Positions 14,465-26,400 of a stretch of DNA of 64,000 nt are shown piece by piece. The stretch covers positions 3,038,001 through 3,102,000 of the forward strand of contig NC_134475.1 of the NCBI RefSeq assembly GCF_964194025.1, in the 5' to 3' direction. How positions within the stretch are numbered: the first letter of the stretch is position 1; the number at the start of each line of letters is the position of its first letter. The notes under the pieces were generated by a model that was given only the letters and a program-made list of their open reading frames with translations, had not been told where the DNA came from and searched no databases. Source of the DNA: Convolutriloba macropyga. Lineage: Eukaryota. The translations under genes and the position numbers were made by a program.

Positions 14465-17400
14465 ATAGGTGATAGATATATATGGTGGGTTGGGGGGGGG
14501 GGGGTGGGGGTCGGCAGGAGGGTCTGATAGGTACGTGGCTGGTCTGTAGTTTAGATAGGTTGCACGGACTTACGTGCAATCAAAAATTCTCAAAAAGACT
14601 TTCACCTTGGCAACATTACTAGCGGTTGCCAATTACTATTCCTCACAAACGAATCAACTGTTAAAGTCCAATCTTTGAAAACTGAAGTCAATTTGTCAAA
14701 ACAGAGGTAAATGTTCGAAGAGAAAGATGTTACAATTCAAGTTAAGAACAAACTTGAAACAAGTTACAATTATTAGGAGAAACAAAAACAATACAAAAAG
14801 TAGGAAATAGAGAGAAAGGTAACATAAAAAATAACAGTGGAATTTCTTCCTTGAGGTGGCGGTGCGGAGTTTGCAGAGAGGCAAGAACGGACTTAGGAGA
14901 GGTGTCTGAGCCTACTGAACATGTCACACCATTACCTTGTCTACTCAGCAGTTTTGTTACTTACACTATTGTTTCGTTACATTTTCGTTACCTCCTTTTT
15001 TGTAAATTCGCCCATTGAAGCGCCTAGAGTACTAATCGCCAATTTAACAACCTCGGAAGTCAAGAAATTCATTGATCAGACGACAACACTAATATAACAT
15101 AGCCGCAACAACATCGGGATTGGAACAGAAAAAGAAAAAAGAGATAAATTAAACCATTTTTTTTCTGTTTTTTTTTTGTAAGTGTCAAGAAGTGTTCTAA
15201 TTTGGCGTGCAGTTTCACTTGGATTCCAACACTATACTTAATTCAACTTCCAAAACTGAAAGCTTAATTCCAATGTGAGCTATCAAACACTCCAATTAAC
15301 TTTGATAACCTAATGCTTAATGACAGAGCTTAATCGGTTTATCCCGTCTCTTTCGATTTTGATCTTTTGACTTTGACAGTATTCGCCACATTGCGTAATT
15401 AAATGCGTAAAAGAAATTAAAATCCATTCACTTGAAACACTTACTGAAGTAAGTCAGAAGTCACGTGAAAATAGTGTAAAACGAAAAACGTGATCAAAAG
15501 GTAAAGCGAATTTAAAGAAAGGGAAGCGCCTAAATAATAGCGGTTGAGAAGCTAACTTCTAATTCCATTCATCATCCAAAAAGAAGGAAAAATTAGAGAA
15601 AAGAGACAAAGAAAACAGTACAGAGTGCAATTACTTCATGGGGGCGGCGGTACGGGGGTTGCAGTGAGACAGCGGGTGGGGGTGAAGTGGCGGGGGGTCA
15701 AACTGTAAGAACCGACCTTCACACCACGAGTCCTGCCCTTCAGAGCTGGACAAGAGGGGGTCCTTATCGTCGGGTTGGAGGAGTATGGACGAGAGACTGA
15801 GGGGAGATGACAGAGGGGGTCAAAGATTCAAGACTAAGTTTCAAAACAATTTCTGTGAATACTTGGGGACTAGTTGGCTGAAGGGCTATGAGCTTTTGAT
15901 GCCCTCTAGGTAATACAGGTATTATCCCGTTTTTGAGAAAGTCAAATGGGTCAGACAAAAAATGGCCAAGCAAAAAATCGCATTAAAGAAGACCACAGGA
16001 CTAATATAATTGCTATAAACTTCGTTTGAGAGCAATTAACAACTTCCCGTAGAAGTAAAATTAGCGTTGTCAAGGTCATTAAAAACTTTAGCATCGTAAT
16101 ACGTTAATGCTTACACTATGAACAGTAAGCACCGCCTATGTACAACGGAAATAAAAGGCAAAATAGAAGGGCAAGAGATAAGGGCAGTTGCGAAATTCGA
16201 AACTTACAAAAAACTGGAAACAAATGTCAGCATATTCATTTGAAAACTAAAAGATAAAATCTTTAGAACACAAAACCAACATTTGTCAGAAAGCATATAA
16301 AACAAATTATATTCAATTTTCAACAAATATTGAAATTACCGGTAGTGTTCTTGTTCTGTAAACTTTTCCCGGACACCTTTTCAAAAGTTCAAACGAAGTA
16401 ATGAACAGTTAAAAAAGATCTGTTTCCAAAGATGTTGAATGAGTTCTAGACATTTTTGTATTTATGGGTTTCTTTACCATTTTAGACTTATTATCGAAAA
16501 ATTGCCACTATACTTTAGGCGACTAATCCGGGGGGCTATCCAAAGATCTAATATCTAAAACAAACATGAGAATAAACAAAACACAACCAACTAACGTCGG
16601 GTGAAGTGCTCTCAAACGACTGGCGAGCAGTTGGAGTTAAGTAGCTAGCTACTGCTTAGGGGCTATCTTTAGCTTAATTGAAGGGGGTAGTCGCGCACCC
16701 TGGCTTACGGGTGCAATGATGAGCAGGTGTGGGGTGACGAGAGCTGATGTTTATGTGTGTGTGTGTGTGTGTGAGGGGGGGGGGGGGGCTGATTCGGATG
16801 AGGTGGGGTGTGAAGTTTGGGGTTCAAACTGAAAGCCTCTAAGAACCTTAATAGCCTCCGGGCACTCACTGTTTATCCCATTTTTCACGACGAAAAGTCA
16901 AATGGGTAAGACGAAAAATCGATCAAGCGAAAAAAAGCATAAAAAAGACCCCAGGCCTATTACAATTCCTGCAAACTTCCTTTGAGAGGACTTAAATACA
17001 TGCAGCCTCTAGATCATAAAACTACTGCTCACTAAAAACAAAAATAAAAACATTCAGAGGCACATAAAAAAACAAATGGTTACAAAGTCGAAAAATTAGC
17101 TACAAACTGAAGCGGTTAAAAGGGCATTGAATCTTGTTTCATGCAGCACAAAAAAAAAGAAATCTGTCAATGGTGAGAATAAACGGTTATACACCCATAG
17201 ATTCATGAGCGCGGTCAAAACTAAAAAAAACTGCCAATTTTTTGAATGTTAAGTTTTGAACGACATTAAGTACAAGATTAAGAACAACGAAAAGAACTTA
17301 AAGTACTGGGAAAAATCTAAAAGTGTAATAGTTGCTTGAGATGATCAAAAAATGGTTTCAAACACACTATTATTAGTTCAAATAATTTTGACTGAATGGT

Positions 17401-20400
17401 TTCAAACACACTATTATTAGTTCAAATAATTTTGGCAAAATTTTTGACTGAACGTTATAATTAAAAGCTGCTTTGAAAAATACGCACGTGATCAAAAATT
17501 TTTGCTCACTTAGCGAAACTTTGCATCTACTTTTCACGCTCTTTCTCTCTCTCGAAAACGATAAACAGATAACCACTCTCTCCGCTCTTCAATTTGTACA
17601 GCCGTTTGACATAAACACTTTTTCACAAGCAGCTTTGACTTTTAAATACTGTTTTAAATTCACTGTTTCATATCCTGTTTCATTCCTGTTTTAGAAGCAT
17701 CGAAAAAAAGACGCTCCACCAATATTCCTCTTCGATTCGTAAAAAGACAGCGCACCAATAAAATCAAAATACTTTGCATTGTTAACATAGCCGGCAGATT
17801 GCCGGAATAGCTGCAAAAGAATAAACCTGCGTGCCATATAAAAGAGATAGAAACAGATACAGATCTAAATTGAAAAAAAAACGACGCCGCTCAAAAAACT
17901 AGGTAAAAAACATTCAGCAATAAATTAATAAAGCTTGTTAAAATCATTCCGCAGAAGCCTCTTATTAGGAACCTTTACTGCACATATGAGTTTCTTTGAC
18001 CTTAAACAAATTCAAATTAAACTTAAGTTTTAAAGTGCAAAAGTCATTTTATTGAGTGAGGTAAGTGACGTATGATCAAAATCTAATCATGCAAATAACG
18101 TAAAAATGTTGCTAAAGCGAGTGAGAAATGACGTCACGCGCGCAAATGCCGTTAGTGAGAGGAAGAAGTCATTCAGAAAATTTGACTTTTCAGATTTGCT
18201 GTGTGAACAAATGTAAAACGAAAAAAAGAGCGTCAGACGAAACAAAAAAACATAGCAGGACAAGTCCTGACGTATAATTCAAAGAATTTTCACATAAAAC
18301 TAGACCTAGATCGGACTATGAATGGATTGGGAAAACCATTTAGAAAAAAATCCGATCCAAAAAATCGAAAAAACAGTAAAAATCAACGTGAAATTGCCGC
18401 ATGTGAACAAAAAACCACTACCGAGAAACCGAATTTTTGTTCAAACACCATTTTCTCACTCTACTTTAAAATTAGAGGGAAAAAAATTCACGCCGCAAAA
18501 CCACTCGCTTTTTCGCTCCATTTCCTGTTTCGGCGTGACCAAAATCGCTACTCCAATTTGACTTCAAAAATCATGAAAATGTGTGAACAGATCTTAAAAA
18601 AAAACATAGCCAGAAGAATTCCGGAAACGACTTGAAGTGGAAATCCACATAACAGCCCTCCAACTACTCATCACACAAAACGTGCCTCAACTAATTTAGG
18701 ATTATCTTGAAACAAAACCGTAATACAAAAATGTTTAAAAAAATCAAATCTATTATTATTAAAAATCTGATCAAAATTTGTCAGAACTTGGGATCCCAAA
18801 TTATCTATCTATGCAAACACTACTTCGCAAACACAACTAGTACCTACTAAAACCACTCATGAGAATTTTTAGCAAAACTTGAAGCCAACTTATAAAAAAA
18901 TAAGCTCTTACAAACAACTTTGACTAAAAGACTGGAAAAAGTTTATATATTTTTTAATGTTACAAAAGTACCTCAATTCAAAGAAAAATTCCTTCCAGCC
19001 AATAGGGTATCCAAAAGCTCTCCAAACAATAGGCAAGCCATAATAGGCTAAGAAACTTGTCTAAAGTCGAGAAAAAAAACAAACTGCAAAAAATTAAGAA
19101 ACATAGTTCCAATTTTCGACATTTTTCGTCATATTTTTCCACAAAAAAAGCTTTATATCAACAAAACGGTAGCCAATTCTAAAATAAAAATTGCTCAAGT
19201 ATTACGGGTCTTTTCAGTTCCCGCTGTAAAACAAAACAAAAGTAAAAAAAATTGCAAAAATTAGCCCAAAAATCATCAAAACACATGAAAAACATGCAAT
19301 TTAGTTGAAATTGCATGAACGAATGAACAAAAAGTGGCTGTGACGTCATATGATCGTAACAAAAATCATGACGAACAAAAAAACGTAGCCAGAAGAACTC
19401 TGGAAGCGACTCGAAGCGTCAAAACTTCACTAACAAAACTGCAATTGCAGCGGAAGCCATTACCTTTTGTATTAAACCAATAACTCACTACCTCTCCAGG
19501 TCTGCTCTAAAAATTGGCGAAACTTAAACCACTGTCAACAAGAGAAACAAAATGCAGCAAAATTTTATATGATTGAAAACGTTTGGTAACGTTAAAAAAT
19601 CCAAAATAATTAAGGTGGTCAAAAACCTGATAGTCTGAAAAAGCTGACAAGGTTATTAATAGCCCTCAAATAATTCATGATTCTAATCTGAAAAAGATCG
19701 CGAAAGCAAACGGCAGATAATAATCTTAGGAACTAAGTTGAATCTTTTCAAAAAAGAAAGTTTAAATTTAAGAATCAGAAAACACCTATAATTACACTTC
19801 TAATCACTGCGATTAGGACAAAAAACAACACACACCGGTTCCTTGTTGTATATATGCTAGACAACGTGATTTCATACTAAATCAAAAATAAAATTGATCA
19901 TAGAAAATACCTGAGCAGAAGAATATTCAAAGGCAAAAAATCGTTTAAATTAATACCAAGGCCGGAAGAAAGCTGCAGTAAATAATCAATAGTGGATATT
20001 TTGGAAAAAGCTTGCTGTCAAATTCTCAGTACTGCCTTATGTTGAATGAAATCAATTGCAAACCAAACGAAAATCTGAGAAAAAGCTGAAATCATTCATT
20101 TTTACAACTAAAAAAACCAAAATACCGAAACTAAATGTAAGTGCCAGGACAAAGCTAGAATGATAGTAACTAGAATGAGAAGAATATGGGCACAATGTAA
20201 GGAACACCGTAACAAAAAGACATTCTTGATTTTTGAAAGTTAAAAATCAATTTTAAAAAATCAAGAAAAACGAATACATTTCAATATTCAGCATCCAAGA
20301 CATAGAAAAGATAACTAGTCATCCGATACAAAGATCTATCCTCCTGAAGATCACAAAAAATAGGAAAAATCAAAATTCATAAATACGAAACATTTTGCAA

Positions 20401-23400
20401 AAAAATGGTCAAAGAACTTTTAAGTGAAGACTGCATTTATGAAAAAGTTTTAACTGTTTTTTTTCAAAACTTAGCGCCAAAAAATTATGGAATTTTTATT
20501 GAAACGAAATTAAAGTCCCTCATGTTGCACACAAAAACTATTTCAAGCAATTACAACCAAAATACAAAAAACTGAAGAAAATCGGAAAAAAACTACCAAA
20601 ATCGGATTAGTAATGTACAATTTTATGAAACAAAATTACATCGAGGGAGAAAGAGGCGTTGAGTATAGAAATAATCAAAGAGAAGTTGCCATATTCACTG
20701 ATTTTTGACAAAAAGACGGTTAAAAAAACAAAAATGAAGAAATTAATAGAAAAAAAGCCAAAAATTAACTAAAAAATCAAGAATTATGTGCCATTTTTGA
20801 ACTTGAAACGCATTTTCAGGCTCTGCAAAACACTGTGGCATCAATGTCCGCGGTTGACATTTCAATATAGTATCGAATAAAATTTATTGCTACATGAAAC
20901 CAAATTAAAAGCAAAAAAATTGGGCCACTTAGACGAAAAAAACGGCTAAAAACGGTTATCTATATGTGCAGTTCAGTCAAAAACTACTTTTAAAAGTCAA
21001 AAAGTCATTCACTAAACGCAGCGCCTGATCAAAAAACTTCTCTCACTTAGCCAAAATCTGTTCACCAAGACAGCTTTTCTCACTTTCGCTTTTAGGTCAA
21101 AATAACGCGTGAACAAATCTACTTCCTGTAAAAAACCGAGAGAAAACCAATACTCCTCTTCGAGTCGTAAAAACCAAGAGAAGGCCAATAATAGCCCCAG
21201 CTATCGCTGTGCGGCTATTAAAAAGCACTTCTCCAATACTCCTCTTCGAGTCGTAAAAACCAAGAGAAGGCCAATAATAGCCCCAGCTATCGCTGTGCGG
21301 CTATTAAAAAGGACTTCTCCAATACTCCTCTTCGAGTCGTAAAAACCAAGAGAAGGCCAATAATAGCCCCAGCTATCGCTGTGCGGCTATTAAAAAGGAC
21401 TTCTCCAATACTCCTCTTCGAGTCGTAAAAAAGACAGCGCCCCAATACAATTCAAATTCTTTGAATTGTAAAAACCAAGAGCACCGCAATATAGCTCCGC
21501 TCAGCTTACAACTTCGCAGCTATAAAAACAAAATAGGGGCATAAGAATAGCCGCCTAAGAAGATGAGGGTGTCTATCAACAAACAACGCTGTCTCGGTAA
21601 TAAAAACTAACTTTATCTGTGTTTCGCCTTCTGCAGCGACCAAGTTAAGTTGCTGAGCCATATTTCGGCTTCTGTTCACAAACTCCTCGGGAACTTCCTG
21701 AGATGAGCGGCTAGTCTGATGATTGCTTGGCTGTGAATGAGGGAAGGTGGCATTTGCTGAATGTCCCTGTCCCTGCTCAAGATGAAATACCTGCCAATGA
21801 TGAGAATATAAATTTTGCTTAATTCTGTTGGATGAATAGCTCTCGAGCCACATGCGAGGGGATAGACAGCTTGTTTGTGTTCGGTTGTACAATAAGCTAG
21901 AATAAGCTTAGGCATAGCCACTATGCTTTCAGGGGGGGGCAGGAGATGGGTTAGCAAAGAAGCGTGGCGCGCGGCGAAGCAAAAAAGAGTGCGAGGTTCC
22001 CAAACGTAGATTAATTGAAAATTGTCCTTCAGGTCATGAAGTTCTGCTTACTCTCCATCTTCGGTGAACCGTCTTCACTTAGAGTCCACTAAAGCTCGAT
22101 GAGAGCTGCTCAGGCACTCCATCGAGCTTTACCCCTTTATTCCGTTTTTGAAGGCGGAAAGTCAACCGAAATAGCTCAAGCGAGCGGGAAAAAAGTTCTA
22201 GAAAACAAAAAGTCACGCAACATTTCTTGCATAAAAAAGACATACGTTTGCAATAATTTCTTTAAACCTCATTTGCGAGCAATTAATCATGCTACGTAAG
22301 AAAACTGAAAAGAAGCTCTACTTAATCAAAGTAGAGCTTAAGAAAAGTTCGTGCAATGGTTAGCATACTAGGCTGGCAAAGGAGACGCTGATTCGAAAGC
22401 CGTACTTAAAATATTGACAGTAGTTGTATCTGCTCAGGCTCTCTAAAAACTACACAAGCCCATATTTAACTATTTAAAAAAAACTAAAAACTGTCAGAGA
22501 CTGATTCAACTTAGCGATCATCGCATTTTTTTTACTAACTGCTCTGAAACAACAGGCGAGCGATGGTTAGGCGTTTATCGTAGCTAGCTTAAACTTAGGG
22601 AGGCGGGCTTCAGAGAATGAGGCTGAGGATGAAAGCTTGGGGTAGGGGGAGGGGGGTTCAAGTCTCCCAAAATTGCCCTCCACGCTATGTAATTAGCCTC
22701 AAGCGCTCCTCAGCAGCTTCGCTAAAACTATAATTTAGCGCCTAATGAGTCTCTAGAGAGCGACTCAGCAACCTAATGCCCTCGGTCTTCACCAGTTTAC
22801 CACAATTTTTTTTGAAAAACGTCACAACATAAACTACTAACTTCGGAAGAACCGCTTTCAACCGACAGACGGGAGGTTGATTCCTCAGAAGCAAGCTGCC
22901 CCTTAGGGAGGCTAACTTACTTTTAATAAAGTGGGGATGGAGTTCGAGTGCTTGAGTAGGGCGAGTCAAACTCTAAAGAACCGCCGTTCACACTATGATT
23001 TCATCTCCAACAGTTTTGATGAATCGCATACTCAGAGATTAGTAAGGCGCTAATAGAACTGCTACGCCACTTAGTACCCGCCGGGCTTCATCTGTTTATC
23101 CCGTTTTCGAGGACGAAAAGTTAAAATTGGACGAAAAATTTGTCATGCGAAAAATCACTAAGACAACAGAATAAAATAATATAACAACAGACAGCAATTA
23201 ACAAAACACTAGAAATAATGAGAAGTTTCTTACAACAACTAAAATAGCCGGCAGATTGCCGGAAAAGCTTTGAAAAAGACCTGCGTGTCGCAAAATATGA
23301 CAAACCGATACAGACATAAGCCTAAAGAGTTTTTGACGCCGCTCGAAAAGCTCTGTAAAAACCATTGAGTGATAAACTATTAAATTAAAATTCATTCCGT

Positions 23401-26400
23401 AGAAGCCTTTTTATAAGGGACCTTTATCACACATAAAAATTCCTTTGACCTTAATTCAGAGTTCAGTTTAAAGGTGCAAAAATCATTTCATTGAGTGCAA
23501 GTCACGTATGATGAACATATAATCCCGCAAATGACCTCGAACTTTTTCTAAAGAGAGTGAAAAACTACGCCAAGCGCGCAAAAGCCGTTTGTGAGAGCAA
23601 TAAGTTACTCAATAAATTTCTCAGCTCTACTATGTGAAGAAAAACTAAAAAGAAAAAAGAGCGTCAAACAACGAAACAACAAACCAAGAACACCGCAACA
23701 TAGGTCCGCTCAGCTTACAGCTTCGCAGCTATAAAAAACATGAACCGACTAACGTCAGACGAATGCTCTCGAACAACTGACAGGGCAAACAATTTATAAA
23801 CGGGAACGGGCTAAAGAAACTTGTCAATAACTTCACAATAACAAATTACTAAGTAAAAATCAACAATCGATATTCTAATACGCAAATCATCAAAAACAAC
23901 TGACAATCAATTTTGTCACAGCAGATTTTCTTGACCTATCAAAAGCTTTTGATTCAATCAATTACGAAATTTGGAATATTAAATTGGACAACTTACGTTC
24001 CGATGGAAGCTCAAAAATCTAATCAACAGTTTCCTTACGAACCACCGCCGATTTCTTATCTTACAAAACTGCAGATCAGTCGAATTAACGCTTCATAGGG
24101 GTGTACAAGGAAAGTACTTGGCCGGCTCTTATTCAATGTGTACATTAGAGATATGGCAACAAGAGTTGACAGTTAAACTGAACATATACAATATCCTGAC
24201 GATACGGTAAATTTAAATTTAGATACCTCTTTTAACAAAAGCAAGGCCAAGTTATAAAAAAATGCCAAGCAACTAATTCCATGTATTCATGAACACCGAC
24301 TCACAATAAATACCTAAAAAACGAATTCATAATTGGTAAGAGCAAAAAAAAAGAAAATCAATTCCAATAGATGAGTAAACTGAAGTAAAAAACTTAGGGG
24401 TTCATATTGACAGCAATTTAACGTTTCAAGGGGAAGTAAGAAATATCCGACAAAAATGGCCTAAGGAATAAAAACAATTTATGCTATTAGAAAGCCTATT
24501 CCACAAAAACTTTTGAGACCCGTCTTAAATGCCCTGGAATTAAGTCATTTGCACTACTCAGCAGTCACAAGTCACGCAAATGAGCAGAATCTAAACGTAT
24601 CCTTGGAAAAACGTCTAAACTGGGCACTACAGTCAATATATTTTAGACAAAAAGCCTATTCCAAATAAACTTTTGAGACTCGTCTTAAATGCCCTGGCAT
24701 TAAGTCATTTGCACTACTCAGCAGTCACAATTCACAAAAATGAGCAGAATCTAAACGTATCCCTGGTCAATCCGCTAAATTGGGCATTACAGGCATTATT
24801 TTCGACAAAAAATTAAATCTGTTAAAGATATTAAATGCAGTCAGAAAATACTCTCCGTAAATTTTTTACGAGCAAAAAGATCATAATAAATTTTGGAAAA
24901 AACGATTAAGATGCTTTTACACCATCATCTGGAGAACCACTAATCAATTGGAATCTTCATTAGTTTCAAAAATGAACAAAAAATTCTTCTGGAACCTAAA
25001 AATTGTTTCTAGCAAAATGGTAATCATTTGTGGGAATAGCGATACCAGATTGGAATGAACTAATAAGTGAACTTAAAAACAAACCCGACAGATTGCCGGA
25101 AAATAGCCGCTGTTGATTCCAATAAGCATGATTGGGATTGAAAGAATAGAAGATATTGAAAAAAAACAGATTTTTGTACAAAAACAGTTTTTAAGTCCGA
25201 TTTATTTTGATGGCATTTCGTAGTTGAACATAACGTACTTCGGTTTCTTAGAGAGAGGCTACAGGGGCTACTATCAATACCAATAAGCATTAGAGATGGT
25301 AACTAAGACATAGGAACGACGTCCAAATAGCGGGCATCTAAAATTGGGCTTTATGGGTTTATCCCGTTTCTACTTCTGACTTCAATTTTTTATAGTGACA
25401 TTTTGAATTGCTTTGCTGGGCAACTGATGTTCAAAATCACTTTTAGCAGAATGAGAGAAGAGAGAAACTAGCCGAGAGAAGTCAAAAAGATTTCACGCAA
25501 AATGTCGAAAAAGCGGCAAAATGGTAAAGCGAAAAAAAGTTTGACGAAGTAAAAAAAAATACGAGCGCAATAATAGCCGGCTGAGAAGATGAGGGCGGCT
25601 ATTAATAAGTAATTTGTAAATATTTACACTCCCGAACAATCATCAGTTGTATGCTCGTTGATATGGTTTGGAATTCAGTGTAAAATTTGAATTTTTAAAA
25701 TTTTTATATTCCGGTGAAGTAACTCCGGTCTTGATGACAGTGAATTTTTAGAATGTACAGATACGCTCACTAATTGCCACCGAAAAATTATCATGGAGTG
25801 GAAAAACCACTGGGTCACCAATCCACATGTTTAAGTTCAGGCCCCTTTATATGTATTATCAATATCAAGTATTTACGGATGCATCGCAAATGTCTACCTG
25901 CATTTCTAGCTCTTTTACTCTGCCTACTGCCGCCCTGTAGTTACTCTCTAACTGTTTCAGCTGTCTATCCAGGGTCTCCGCCTCTTTCTTCTCCTTTGCC
26001 CTGATAGCCTTCAACTCACCCTCCAGCTCCGTCACTCTGTTAAACACAACACAGCGCACTCATCTCGCTTTCTATCTTCAAACGATCATCTTTAGCCGTC
26101 AAGTTGCTCAACTTTGCATAAAAGCATGTTCGTTTTAAACTGCATACAAGCCGACTCAATTACATAAACAGTGATTTCAAATAATTTTTTCCTCTTGTTC
26201 ACCGGTATGTCGAAATCTGTTCAAAAGAAAGCTTTTTTAAGACAATAAAGGCATTAATCTGTTTCCCCTTTTCCCTGTGAACAAAATTTTGCAGATCTTG
26301 CCCTAATAAGTTAGCATAGCTTAATAAGAGGTTATCAAGCCATTAAAATTAACACTCATCAAAGTAAAAATGAAAATATGCCAATTATAAATGGAGGGGG

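Noticed and set aside
21147-21430. CRISPR-like repeat/spacer appearance
   Set aside because: The units are fully repeated with no unique spacers, the context is eukaryotic, there are no cas genes, and HINE termini explain the sequence.
22350-22405. tRNA gene (gtgcaatggttagc...gattcgaaa)
   Set aside because: No foldable cloverleaf; at most a decayed SINE head.
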